NCBI GenBank assembly: GCA_009914755.4
Contig: CP068257.2
Location: 34,784,001-34,848,000 of the forward strand
Source of the DNA: the human T2T-CHM13v2.0 reference genome, Homo sapiens
Direction: 5' to 3'
DNA: 64,000 nucleotides
Below the pieces are notes generated by a model that worked only from the letters and a program-made list of their open reading frames with translations, made no database searches and was not told the origin of the DNA. Position 1 is the stretch's first letter. Each line of letters opens with the position of its first letter. The position numbers were made by a program, and so were the translations under genes. This document shows positions 1-20,354 of this stretch, in pieces.

Positions 1-290
1 ATAATATATTTTTATATTATACATAATATATATTTTTATATTATACATAATATATATTTTTATATTATACATAATATATATTTTTATATTATACATAATA
101 TATATTTTTATATTATACATAATATATATTTTTATATTATACATAATATATATTTTATATTATACATAATATATATTTTTATATTATACATAATATATAT
201 TTTTATATTATATATAATATATATTTTTATATTATATATTTTATATATATAAAAATATATCTATTACATATATATATATATGAATAGTAA
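1..290. repeat. AT-rich minisatellite, unit ~24-25 bp (aatatatatttttatattatacat) x ~10, decaying into (TA)n
   Basis: Direct reading shows the unit repeated in tandem from position 1 to ~240, followed by tatatata runs. Confidence 0.85.
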
Positions 291-313
291 TGCCGGCTTC
301 CTTGTGTTCTTAA

Positions 314-638
<325 letters not shown>

Positions 639-751
639 TAGTAGTAAAAACTGTCCCAGACAGGTGTTAAAGAAATGTTGTTTTAAAAGATTAATGATTA
701 CCAGTTTAATAATCCACTATTTTCTTTTTTTAAAGGGTGCATTTGTTAATA

Positions 752-892
752 GCTGGATGTGGTGGCATGTGCCTGTAGTCCCAGGAGGCTGAGACGGGAG
801 GATTGCTTTGAGCCCAGAAGTTCTAGGTTACAGCGACCTATGATTGCGCCACTGCACTCTAGCCTGGGTGACAGAGCGAGACTCTGTATCTA
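752..892 (+). mobile_element. Alu fragment (right arm)
   Basis: tgtggtggcatgtgcctgtagtcccagg ... ctgcactctagcctgggtgacagagcgagactc. Confidence 0.8.
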
Positions 893-1336
893 AAGAGTGC
901 ATTCAGTTGGAAATTCTAATGAATCCACACAGATAGAAAGCAGAGGTCTCCTGGTCATCTTCCCACTGTCTGCCAGTCTCAGGCCCCAGACATGCCACTA
1001 TTGACCCTGTGGTTTGTGTTCTTAAGAGTTTTTAAAAATAATTTTAGAACCACATAAAACACACATATATACATATAGCTTTACCTAACAAAAATGTGTG
1101 GTCAGTTTTCATGAATGTTTACCCTTGCAGTGTTGTACAATTATTTGATTTGTAATGTGTTTCAGTTTCATTTATGATTATGTCAACAATAAATGACACT
1201 ATGTAAAGAAAACCATAGGCACATATAGCAGTTGGGAAGCGTTTATTTGTGAGTGTAAAGATTTGGAAAAATGTTTAAGCTTTGTGTGTAGAAAACAAAC
1301 AAAAAAAATAATAAAAATAAATTTTGTGTGCGACAG

Positions 1337-1430
1337 GCAAGAAGCTACCGGATGTTTCACGACGACAGCATGAAGTCTTTCTTCCGTAGACTGAGTTTCA
1401 CTCCCGACGGATCTTTGCTTCTCACGCCAG
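1337..1430 (+). CDS. CHAF1B: CHAF1B coding exon ([33 protein letters not shown])
   Basis: AG acceptor at 1335-1336 and GT donor at 1431-1432. The translation matches the recalled CHAF1B p60 WD-repeat region. The frame continues into the exon at 7340. Confidence 0.85.
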
Positions 1431-1738
1431 GTGTGTTTCGTAGCTTTGGACTTAAAGGAATGATGGCCGAGTGGGGATGTCTGCTCCCGTTTTACGCTGC
1501 AGCTTATCAGCTCAGTGAATGCTGATTAGAGTGGGGGTCCCCGACTTACCTGCCCACTGGAACCTCCAGGAGAGCTTCAAAAAACACATTGGTGCCTATG
1601 TCCCATCCCTAGAGATTGTAGTGTATGTAATTGGTCTGGGTGGCCTGGCTTTTGGAATTTTAAGAAGATTTCCAAGTGATTGTAATGTGCAGAAAAGTTT
1701 GGGAGTAATGAGTTTAAAATGATAGGCATTTTCTCTTA

Positions 1739-2060
<322 letters not shown>

Positions 2061-2671
2061 AAACTTTACTATTTAAACCCTTTCAATGAATGCTTTTTCA
2101 TTCATTAACATGTGTATGGAAGCCATAGCGCTAAAGCCAAAGATAAAGCTCCTTTATTGTTTTTATTCTCCTCAATAAAGCGCATTTGTGACAGGATTAG
2201 ACTCATGGACAAACTTGTGGAAGCAGCAGTGGTCAAAATCAAAAGGTCAGCCAAGTAGCAAGGACTAGATAGGTTTATTGTCCCTATGTCCCTAGGAAGG
2301 CAAGGGGCTCAGCCCAGCAAGATAAGGCTAGGCATTATTGTGGCCACAGTGTTCTCAGAGGAGAATGTCTGCTCATTGCCGTGGCTCCAGGACCATCCTG
2401 TGCATAGAGATGACAACATAGCCCAGGGTTGGGCCAAACGGGAGGGCACTGTCTTGGTTTGCCACTGAGTCCCATCCCAGCTGAGCCAGGGAGGGCCTGA
2501 GAAGGGCGTGAATCACACATGCAGCTGTGTGGGTGGGGCTTTAAAGAACACTGCGGAACATGTGCGAATGACACTTTGGCCCAAGAAGTCTCAGGACTAA
2601 GAATAAGTAGTTGTTTAGGTTATATTTACTAAAGTTAGTTATTAAAAGTTATTCACTAAACCCAGTAATAA

Positions 2672-3628
<957 letters not shown>

Positions 3629-4004
3629 CCCAGTAGCAAATCCTTTACTATTTGGCCACTCTAAAAATATTTTCAATTAAAATCAAGTAGCAAATGGATG
3701 TCTGTTATCAACGTTATTGTTCTTTGTGGTGTTAGTAAGTGTGGGAAAAACAGGAAAATGAAATTACAAAGATTGGAAAAGAACAGATAAAAAACTGCAA
3801 TAGGATTGTATTTCTAGAAAATCCAAGAGATTTTAAAAATAGTATTAGAATTTTTAAAATAATTTGATAAGATGGCTGGATATTATAAAATATATAAAAA
3901 TTCCTATCTTTCGTCTATATTGGCAGTGAGTACTTAGAAATGGAAGGAGGAGAAATATTTCATTCAGAGTAGTGCAAAACCTGCAAAATACATAGAGTAA
4001 ATTT

Positions 4005-4307
4005 ATTTATTTATTTATTTTTTGAGACAGGGTCTCACTCTGTCACCCAGGCTGGAGTACAGTGGTGTGATCATGGCCCACTGCATCAGCCTTGATCTCC
4101 TGAGTTCAGGGAATCCTCCCACCTCAGCCTCCCTACTAGCTGGGACCACAGGCGTGTAGCACCATGCCTGGCTAATTTTCTTATTTTTTTGTAGAGACAT
4201 GGTCTTGCTATGTTGCCCAGGCTGGTCTTAAACTCCTGGGCTCAAGCACCCCTTCCGCCTCGGCCTCCCAAAGAGCTGGGATTACAGGTGTGAGCCACCA
4301 CACCCAG
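4005..4307 (-). mobile_element. Alu SINE (diverged, AluJ-like)
   Basis: ttttgagacagggtctcactctgtcacccaggctggagtacagtgg ... gtgtgagccaccacacccagg. Confidence 0.85.
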
Positions 4308-4814
4308 GCAGAAGTAAATTTAATGAGAAAGGGGCAGGACCTTTATGGAGAAGTCTAGAAGGTCTTACTGAAGGTTATAAAGCAAGTTCTGAACAAATGG
4401 AAAGATATGTCGTGTTCTAACAATTAACATACTAATTTCATTTCCAATTAGAATTGCATTAAAGTTTTTTTTTAATTGGATGAAATCTCAGCTTTGTTTA
4501 GTAGAATAAATGCTGAAGAATAGCCAAAGAAGTATTAAAAAAAAAACAGTGATACTTGGGAGGGCATTTGCCTCACCACATATCAGAAGATCCTATAACA
4601 CTACTTTTAGCCAATCAATATGGTGTTGCTATAGGACCAAACAAATAGATTAGTGGACCAGAACACAGAATCCAGAAAAAGATCTCAGGATATAAGGCGA
4701 TTTAATATATGACCTCAGGTGCTGTTCCAGTGGAAAAAAATCTATTATTTATTTGTAATTAATTGTATGTTACTTAAATAATTCTCAAGAGAATTAGACA
4801 CTGAAGGCAGATAG

Positions 4815-6270
<1,456 letters not shown>

Positions 6271-6274
6271 AGGG

Positions 6275-6627
<353 letters not shown>

Positions 6628-7269
6628 CTACTGCCCTCCCTGGTGGATATGAAACAGTCATATGTAAAGTTACGTGTGTGTATATGTATCAAGAAATAGC
6701 ATAAAACAGGGAGATGTTTCCAAGAGCAGCAGTGTATGATGGTCACTCTGACAGGGCTGAACTGTTTTAAGTACAGCAGGGGGTGAGTGTAGAAGAGCTC
6801 TCAGATGGGGACTGTTCCCCAGAGTGAAGTCAGGTTCTGAAGGAGGCTGGAGGTTTCAGCAGAGGGCAAGGTCTCCTGGCAGCCTCATGGCTGGATAGGG
6901 AAGTTGGGGAAAGGCGAGTCTCAGCCTTTGGATGGCATCCAAGGCTGGAATCCAGGAAATAGAGATGAGGGTCCTAGGGAGAAAGGAGCCTGGGCAGCTG
7001 AATCTAGTCACGGTGCTTCAATCGAGGAATTGCCTGGAGGCTCAACGGTGCCCTATGGCAAAGGCTCACTATGTTCTCCTCGCCCAAGATCAGAACCAGG
7101 TCCCCGGGGATTGCCCACAGGTAGGTGGAGATGACAGGTAGGTAGAACTGGAGTAAGGGCTGAGAACAGACAGTGCCGGAATATATGTTTTTGTGCTCTG
7201 TCACAACATTGTCCAGAGAATATAACTGCAGGGGGAAGTATTTTGCAAACCGGACCTGAAGGCTCTTGA

Positions 7270-7910
<641 letters not shown>

Positions 7911-7952
7911 TAGTCACAGTGCCTTTTCCTAACACTGCAATTAATCCATTAG

Positions 7953-8044
7953 GCCCATCGCTCATCTTCCATGTCCTGGAAAAGCCACTCTTGCTGTTCG
8001 CTGCTGTCCGGTCTACTTTGAACTGAGGCCAGTGGTGGAAACAG
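7953..8044 (+). CDS. CHAF1B: CHAF1B coding exon ([30 protein letters not shown])
   Basis: AG at 7951-7952 and GT at 8045-8046. The reading frame joins both flanking exons. Confidence 0.85.
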
Positions 8045-8215
8045 GTATCCTCAGAGCCTCAGGGGTGTGTTATGTTTTCTCTCCGAAACAGGTCACCAGA
8101 GTGGGGTGGAGATTTGGATTCTGTCTTATGGGGAAAGGTGGGTATCTGGGTTTGGTTCAGTTCAGTTATTTTAAAAATATTTTATTTTTACATTTAAATC
8201 TATTTATTTATTTAT

Positions 8216-8376
8216 TTTGAGACCAGGTTATCAGCCTGGTTAATTTTTGTATTTTTGGTAGCGACAGCGTTTCACCATGTTGCCAAGGCTGGTCTTGAAC
8301 TCCTGGACTCAAGTGATCCACCTGCCTCGGCCTCCCAAAATGCTGGGATTACAGGTGTGAGCCCCTGTGCCCGGCC
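8216..8376 (-). mobile_element. Alu fragment
   Basis: taatttttgtatttttggtagcgacagcgtttcaccatgttgccaaggctggtcttgaactcc ... gtgagcccctgtgcccggcc. Confidence 0.8.
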
Positions 8377-8488
8377 TGGTTTAGTTATTTTTAAAAGCTG
8401 GAGCAAAGACTGGGGTTATCAAAATACATGTCAGTTTTTTTTTTTTTTTCTTTCTTCAGGATATATTTTCTTGCTTAAGGCACTTTAA

Positions 8489-9001
<513 letters not shown>

Positions 9002-9093
9002 TAGGTCCTTTGAAATTAGTTCCTGGCCTTTGATACTACTTACTTTTTTTGTTTTTTTCTTCTTCCAGTGTTTGATTTTGGAAGTCTCTATAG

Positions 9094-9516
<423 letters not shown>

Positions 9517-9689
9517 TAGAGTGCAGTTATAATAGCTCTTTTAATGTCCTTGTATACAGGTTGGTTTTGATTTTTTTCTCCTCATTGTGGGTCATATCTT
9601 CCTGTTTTTGTTTGCCTGGTACTTTTTGATTAGATACTAGACACTGACTTTTACTTTAGTGGATGCTGGATGTATTTTTATTCTTATAA

Positions 9690-9992
<303 letters not shown>

Positions 9993-10041
9993 AGAAGCCT
10001 TGTTTCTGTGGTTTTACTTTGTCTCTGTCCCCAACCCCCAG

Positions 10042-10183
10042 GTGTGGAGCTGATGAGTCTGCCCTACCGCCTGGTGTTTGCTGTGGCCTCGGAGGATTCC
10101 GTGCTTCTGTATGACACCCAGCAGTCCTTCCCTTTTGGTTACGTGTCTAATATACATTACCACACCCTCAGTGACATTTCATG
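10042..10183 (+). CDS. CHAF1B: CHAF1B coding exon ([46 protein letters not shown])
   Basis: AG at 10040-10041 and donor gtgagt at 10184-10189. A split W codon (tg|g) is completed by 11463. Confidence 0.85.
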
Positions 10184-10215
10184 GTGAGTGGCTGCTAATG
10201 AGGGAGAGTGAGTGA

Positions 10216-10607
<392 letters not shown>

Positions 10608-10743
10608 CAATTTTGTTTTTTAAAGGAATCAACATTAAAAGGAAAGCCGTTTCTAGTTTGCCACAATACTTGCTTCTTATTTTCACACTGGTGGGTTTTG
10701 ATGGCATTCAGATTGCCTTGTGGGGTTAACTGGACTTTGATAA

Positions 10744-11298
<555 letters not shown>

Positions 11299-11462
11299 TG
11301 AAACTGCATGAGTGAGTCGCTATCACACACTCTTTTCCAGTTGTATCTTTTCCCTGGTTTTTGCCTTCAAACAAGCTTGTGATTTTGCTCGAACTTCCCT
11401 CTTCTAAGTAGATGTGAGAGTGTTGGTAAGGTCTGTAACTTTTCCCTGTTTTGGGGACGAAG

Positions 11463-11894
11463 GTCCAGCGATGGTGCCTTCCTGGCCATTTCTTCCACGG
11501 ACGGTTACTGCTCATTTGTGACATTTGAGAAAGATGAACTTGGAATTCCTTTGAAAGAGAAGCCAGTTTTGAACATGAGAACTCCTGATACAGCAAAGAA
11601 AACCAAGAGTCAGACACATCGAGGGTCTTCGCCAGGACCCAGACCGGTAGAGGGAACCCCTGCCAGCAGAACCCAAGACCCCAGCAGCCCCGGCACGACT
11701 CCCCCTCAGGCCAGACAGGCCCCAGCCCCAACAGTCATCAGGGACCCTCCCTCCATCACTCCTGCTGTCAAAAGCCCCTTGCCGGGGCCTTCGGAGGAGA
11801 AGACCCTGCAGCCCAGTAGTCAAAACACAAAAGCCCACCCATCCCGGAGGGTCACTCTGAACACACTGCAAGCCTGGAGCAAGACAACACCCCG
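11463..11894 (+). CDS. CHAF1B: CHAF1B coding exon (432 nt). Encodes the Ser/Pro/Thr-rich C-terminal low-complexity region [33 protein letters not shown]...QAWSKTTPR.
   Basis: AG at 11461-11462 and donor g|gtaaga at 11895-11900. The open frame spans the whole exon and matches recalled CHAF1B protein sequence. Confidence 0.85.
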
Positions 11895-13167
11895 GTAAGA
11901 ACTTGTTGGAACAAGATGTCATTGCAAAATGAAACACAAAATGCAGACAGAACGCTCCCACCCTGCTGCAGGTGAAATTTCAGGCGGTGAATGCTTCATG
12001 CCAGTAGGTTGCCAGAGAGATTCTTAACTTCAAATCCGAGAGTGTCATTTCTTGCATATAGGCCTCTGTTTGTTCCTCCAGTTTCTGCCTGTCAGATAAA
12101 GCCCAGGCTCCTATGCACACACACAGACTGTGATTTGGCTGCAGCCTGTCATCCAGGACTGTGGCCACTCTCTCTCCTGAGTCTGTGGCCTTCATCTCCG
12201 GCCTAGTCCTGAATGTCATCTTCCCAGAGCACTCTCTGCCCTTTGAGGCCTCTGTCCTTCCCTTCTCTGGGGAAGCCCTGGACACCTCTTCCTCTTGGTG
12301 ATGCCAGGAGTCTCCTGAAAGACCCATTTCAATGTACCCTCTCTGTTTGCAGTCTTTGTGGCCCTTCAGCCTTTCCCTTGTCACCACACATCAGATTCCA
12401 TAGCAGGTGCTTTGATGCTCCAGTTCCCCTGCTGGTTGTGAGCCCCCAAGGACAGGAAGCAGGTCCCATTTTTTATTTATGCTGTTCTGCCCAGGATGTA
12501 GGCAATTCCAGGAGTGTCTTCCTGAGACTGCGTTTGATGTCTCCAGCAGCCTGGTCGGTGAGAAACGGAGGTCCTGATCTGATAACAAATAATCCCCAGG
12601 AGGTGCAGAGTCGTTTCTTCCCTGCTTACATCAGTGTGGCTGGCACGCACGCCTGTGTCTGCCACTTCTACTGGATACAGAGCCACTTAGCACATCCTTC
12701 TGCCGTCAGGCAGCACAGCCTCCTGTTTCCATTCTTCCCCTGCAGCTGATGTCCAGTTACCCCTCTGATCCTGTATAGTTCCTTCTCCACCAAGCCCTCT
12801 GCCTCCCAACCTTCCCATAAACTGAGTCACGAGGAGAGCTGGGAAGGGGGATGCAGAGGGGAGTGGTGGGGATGGTGAGCTGGACAGAAGCGCCCTGTGC
12901 CTCTCAGCCTCTCCTGCGCCAATAGGTCTTCTTTGGCAAGTTCATAATATGTGTATGGGTTGCTGGCTTTAACGCCCTCTTAAAATCTCTCATTTCTTTC
13001 TGCAGATTAGCAATGTATTTTACAATTTTTCTGTTTGTTTTTATGTGACGGAAGGTATTCCTTGAACTATTTTTGGTATTAAATTATTTTTCCCCTCTTG
13101 ATTTCTTCTGAATTATTTACCAAGCTTCTTGAAGATGTAATCTTTTGCAAACAAGAATAGTTGTTGA

Positions 13168-13492
<325 letters not shown>

Positions 13493-13873
13493 AACGCTCT
13501 GGATTTTAAAAAAGTATTACCTGTGTTTCGACGCTTTCTATATATAGAAACCATATCTGACTGCCTTTTACAGCAGCCAGCAGAGTGTTCACAAGACCGT
13601 CGGTAATGAACAGAACACAGGTTTTGAAACTTTTCGATGACTGGTTATGGTTTAAGTTGACTGTTATAAATGTGATGGTTTAACTTAATACATGAATGTA
13701 ATCCTCAGTTATTAAACAAGTGGGCACATCTTACTATTTAATGCCTTGAACCAGAAGTTCAGCTGAAAATTTAAGTATTTCCTTTGGTAGTTTTGAAGGT
13801 TGGTATCATACATAAACAATTCCTGTGATACTAATGAGCCATCACCCCTCTACTTTTTTTTTTTTAAATCAAG

Positions 13874-13968
13874 GAGAATAAACTTAACACCCTTAAAGAC
13901 GGACACTCCACCAAGTTCTGTACCAACCAGTGTGATTTCCACCCCTTCTACAGAAGAAATTCAGTCAG
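13874..13968 (+). CDS. CHAF1B: CHAF1B coding exon (RINLTPLKTDTPPSSVPTSVISTPSTEEIQS)
   Basis: AG at 13872-13873 and donor g|gtaagt at 13969. The phase-1 junctions on both sides give CG|G and G|AG codons. Confidence 0.85.
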
Positions 13969-14290
13969 GTAAGTAATATTGTTACTGGTTTAATATAATG
14001 AAAGGTAGAGTATCTTTTCTTTTGTTCTTTTGGAAATTAATGCCGCCTAATTTTAAGTCAGTTCTGAGACAGCAGGGATGCATCTTATTGGAACCATTGT
14101 TTAAACCCGCCGGCTGCCTGTTTACGCCTCAGCAGGGGGCACCTGGCCAGTGAGAGCATCCTGGTGAGCCAGGGAGTGGGTTCAGCAGGAGATTGTCTAG
14201 CTCAGGTTTCTCCACCTGATGACTGCTGACCTTGTGGGCCAGGCAATTCTTTGTTGTGGAGGACTGTCCTGTGTATTATGCGATGTTTAA

Positions 14291-14631
<341 letters not shown>

Positions 14632-14853
14632 TTGCCCATGACATTCAAAAATGCCACTAGACATTGCCCACTGTCCCTTGAGAGGCAAAATCGCCCCTGG
14701 TTGAGAGCCACTCTATAGAACTTCCATTATATCAGTATAGGATCTTGCCAGGCAGCTCAGTTCCGTGTCTTGGCTCTGTATTCTGTAAATGTCAGCCCTT
14801 GACTTCCAGAATTCTTCATTTACTTGCCAACCTTATGTTTGTTAATGTTGCAG

Positions 14854-14945
14854 AGACGCCTGGAGACGCTCAGGGCAGTCCCCCAGAGCTAAAGCGGCCC
14901 AGACTCGATGAAAACAAAGGAGGCACGGAAAGTCTGGACCCTTGA
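14854..14945 (+). CDS. CHAF1B: CHAF1B terminal coding segment (TPGDAQGSPPELKRPRLDENKGGTESLDP*) with stop at 14943-14945. The 3' UTR continues to about 15415.
   Basis: AG at 14852-14853. The frame is continuous from the previous exon. The TGA stop is followed by a non-repetitive 3' UTR. Confidence 0.85.
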
Positions 14946-15388
14946 TGGGACCTCGGCTTCTGCTCGAAGCCTACCAGGCTCCCGGTGTGTGCAGGGAGAC
15001 GGTAAAGCTGGAGGTGCCTGAGACCAGGGCTTCCATGGAGCGGGACACACTGTAAATGGATTTCTATAACAGAAGTGACATGTGTACTGATTTTTCTCCA
15101 GAAATATGGATGCTGTTGTATTCAGTATCCATTTTTAACTTGGGACATGAACGTTTTAACGTAGTAAATCCTCTTTTTGATGAGTTTCTGAAACTGGAGC
15201 GGTTCAACGTTATCCAGTGTGAAAATCAGTGAGTCCTCCCTGGCATCCTCGTGAAAGTGCACACACTTCATGGAGGGACTCCTTTTCAATAAGAATTAGG
15301 AAGATGAGAAAGTAATTTGAGATTTTACTCTGTCGAATTTTAGAGTATTTGAAGTGATTGTTAGATTTCACTTCTAAGGAGTTGATTG

Positions 15389-15394
15389 ATTAAA
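15389..15394 (+). terminator. CHAF1B: candidate CHAF1B polyadenylation signal ATTAAA
   Basis: ATTAAA lies ~445 nt after the stop and is followed by the GT/T-rich tgtgtttgttttctgatttt. No canonical AATAAA is seen between the stop and the next Alu. Confidence 0.45.
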
Positions 15395-15614
15395 CTTTGG
15401 AAGGTAGTTGTGTTTGTTTTCTGATTTTAAAGGTGACGATGCTTATTCTTTTAGTAACTAAGTGAAGTGAAAAAGATGGGTATCACCCATCATCTTCCCA
15501 CCAGAAGTAACCCTCGTTAATGTTGTAGTATATTTCCTTAGCATTTTTGTGGATCTATTTATTCTAAAAAGAGAATTGAGATTTTATTTCATATGCAATT
15601 TGGTATCTAAATAG

Positions 15615-16208
<594 letters not shown>

Positions 16209-16345
16209 TAATTATTATATTTTTAGGGGAGACGGGGTTTTTCCATGTTGCCCAGGCTGGTCTCGAACTCCTGGGGCTCAAGTAATCCTCCCTCCCCAGC
16301 CTCCCAAAGTGTTGGGATTACAGGCGTGAGACACCATGCCTGGTC
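16209..16345 (-). mobile_element. Alu fragment
   Basis: gagacggggtttttccatgttgcccaggctggtctcgaactcctgg ... gcgtgagacaccatgcctggtc. Confidence 0.8.
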
Positions 16346-16595
16346 AAATGGTATCTGTTTTGACGGGTGGTTCTCAACTGTAGCTGCATACTGAAATCAC
16401 CTAAGAGCTGACATACCAGTGCCTGGGTTCCCGCTTCGGAGGATTTGGCCTAATCGGTCTGGGGTATGTTCTGAATATTAGGATTTCTTAAAGCTCCTGG
16501 AGTAATTCTGATGCGCAGCCAAGATTGAGAAATCTAAGGGAAAAAACTTTCCCTGGATACGGTCTGTTCTGGTTAAATGCATTTCCACTGAAAGC

Positions 16596-16891
16596 ATTTT
16601 TTTTTTTTTCCGAGACAGAGTCTCGCTCTGTCACCCAGGCTGGAGTGCAGTGGCGCAATCTCCACTCACTGCAACCTCACCTCCTAGGTTCAAGGGATTC
16701 TCCTGCCTCAGCCTCTCCAGTAGCTGGGATTACAGGCACCCGCCACCACGCCCGGCTAATTTTTGTATTTTTAGTAGAGATGGTGTTTCACCATGTTGGT
16801 CAGGCTGGTCTCCAACGCCTGACCTCGTGATCTGCCCACCTCAGCCTCCCAAAGTGCTGGGATTACAGGCGTGAGCCACCGCGCCCAGCCG
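16596..16891 (-). mobile_element. Alu SINE with TSD gaaagcatttt
   Basis: The TSD is at ~16585-16595 and 16892-16902. Alu body: ccgagacagagtctcgctctgtcacccaggctgg ... gcgtgagccaccgcgcccagcc. Confidence 0.9.
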
Positions 16892-17018
16892 AAAGCATTT
16901 TCTTGATTATCTCTGCCCCGTCACTGATTGACATCCTCCTTTGCTGGGGCCGCGGACTGAAGGACAGTATGCAGGAGGTGCCATCAGCTCTTCTGAAAAG
17001 AGACAGCTTTCAGTGTCA

Positions 17019-17544
<526 letters not shown>

Positions 17545-18914
17545 TCATCCTTAAATATAAATCAAAATTGGCAATAAAAGACCAAGTGAAGTCACTTCAG
17601 TGTCATAGTCTAAAACTGCCTGCAACCATCTGGGCAGTGTATTGGGAAAGCTTTTGCAAAGGGAGCCCAGCCTGAAGGTTGGGCAGGCTTCCACCTTACA
17701 GTGGCTGCTGGGTTGAAGATCCTTCTCATGGTTCTGGATCTGTACTTGGAGGGGTCGTTGTTTCTGTTTTGAGCAGTATTTCCAGATGTCTCTAGCAACT
17801 CTACTGTTGAATATTAGTTCCTGCTGCTGGGGGTGCCTAGAAGAAAATCAGTCTCAGGCTTGGGGAGACTGCTTGGGAGAACTTGACCTGACTTCCCTGG
17901 AATCTGGGATTGTGAGGATAGGTCGGCGTTTGAAGGAAGAAAGTTGGAGGCTCAGCGTGGGCAGCAGAGGGTGAAGCCTTCATTTTATGCAGTGGCCCGT
18001 ACGGTGGACAGGGGTATGCGGTGCCTCCTCGGGTTATCGTGGATAACGGGCCCAGCCATCCTCAGCAAGTGCCCACAGGGCCAGGGCCCTCTAGCAGAGA
18101 GGGGCAGGAGGATGTGCCACGGGGCAGGGGAGAAAGTCTCCTGGGGTCCTCGTTTACTCCAGTTTCCTCCCTTATATCCACTTCCGTCGTCTTTGCTGAA
18201 AGCACATCTGTGTAACGATGCCCTTGGCCCTCCTTACCTAAATAGTTGTCAGCGTTCACTTAAACAACATAGGTTCCAAGTCCTTGGCTCTGGAAACATC
18301 AAATGGGGAGAGGGAGGAGGTGGAGGATGAGCTGCTCCAGCCCCTTCTTCCCTGGTCTGGGGTCTCCCAGGACTTCTGCAGCCTCCCTGGTTATTAAGCT
18401 ACAGTTCAACCTTGGGTGTGTGTGTAGGACAGACAGACTTGGACAAATTACTTCATGGGTCTGTGCCTGTTTCTTCATCAGAAAAAGTCTCTACAGCTAG
18501 AAAACCTTGGACTTTGTTTGCTTTGGTAGGGGAGAGGGGTAAGAGAAAATGTAGGGGGGGGTCACCCACAGAGAAACGAGAGACTGAGTTAATGCAGCTG
18601 GAAGCTGAGCCAGATTGTACTTCCCTTGCCTGGCATATTGAAGTAACACACTTGTTTTCATGCACAAATTCTCAGTGGCCACTGGGGGTCACTGTCCCCA
18701 CTGAATCCACTCAGCAGTCCTGCTTCCTTAGGCCTGAAGGTCCCATGTCTCCGCCCCACCTCCTCTAAGTGATCCGCGCCCCTGTCCGGTCTTGGGAACA
18801 GAGTGGCCTTAGATACCGGCTTCCGCCCCGATGGCCAGACCCAGAGTGGAACACTGTTGAGCAGACAGGGGTGGGAGAGGATGATGAAAGCAGTATGTGC
18901 ATGGCCATGCCTTT

Positions 18915-18951
18915 GTTCATTCATTCATTCATTCATTCATTCATTCATTCA
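18915..18951. repeat. (TTCA)n microsatellite, ~9 units
   Basis: ttcattcattcattcattcattcattcattcattcaag. Confidence 0.9.
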
Positions 18952-19796
18952 AGAAATGTCTATCAAATATCCTCTGGGTACCAGAGGACACCTCAGGAAC
19001 AAACCAGACAAAAGCCACCACCCTCTTGGGGCCTACATCCTGGCTTGGGGAGACCAACATAAGTAAATACAGGGAAAACAGAGTGGTGAGGCGCCCTGGG
19101 AGAGCTGGGTTGGAGACTGGGTTGTAGCCTGGAGTGAGAAGGGCCGAGCCGAGAAGGTCGAGAGGCAACGCAAGAGAGAACGGAAAGTGATCGGATGGGG
19201 CGTTCTAGATTTTTCTAGGAGCAGGATATCCTTGTCATCTAGGGTACCCGGTGTGTTCTCTGGGCAGGCTGGGTGTTTTGGGGTCCCCCACTGCTTCCCC
19301 ACTTGGCATGAATCCCCATTTTGTCTGGAGTTGCCCTGTTCGTCACCCGGCCTCCCTGTCACCCTCCCCTTGGGAGTCGACCCCACGCCTGCCTGTGCGC
19401 AGCCTCTGGGGATGCAGTTGGGTGGTCCTCCGTCTCTGGCCTGGCCCTTTTGTCCCAGATCGAAGGCAGAACCACGTGTCATCTAGCTGTTACCTTCCAT
19501 GTCCTGCTTTTAGCAAATTCTGTGGTGGTTTTAAGCACTCAGTTGTGAGAGGTGGTGGTTGTGGAGGGCACTTTCTTCTGCTGGCCCCTGTACCTTATGT
19601 CCTGCCTTAGCGTAGACAAGGTCAGCATGGAGGGGAAAATATTTCCACTGATGTGGGTCCCCTGCAGAGAGGGCTGTTTTTCCCTCAAGTTTCAGTTCTG
19701 AGTGATGGCGTGAAGCAACAGGTGTTGCCCCTTTCAAAGAGTCTGTAACAAATTTGTAGCAATGATTATACAGAGGGGGTAATAGACTGGCCCTTT

Positions 19797-20354
<558 letters not shown>

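Noticed and set aside
15389-15394. Alternative CHAF1B 3' end further downstream
   Set aside because: No AATAAA or ATTAAA occurs between 15394 and the Alu at 15655. Beyond that the sequence is Alu and microsatellite, so the ATTAAA at 15389 is the most plausible signal. It remains unverified.
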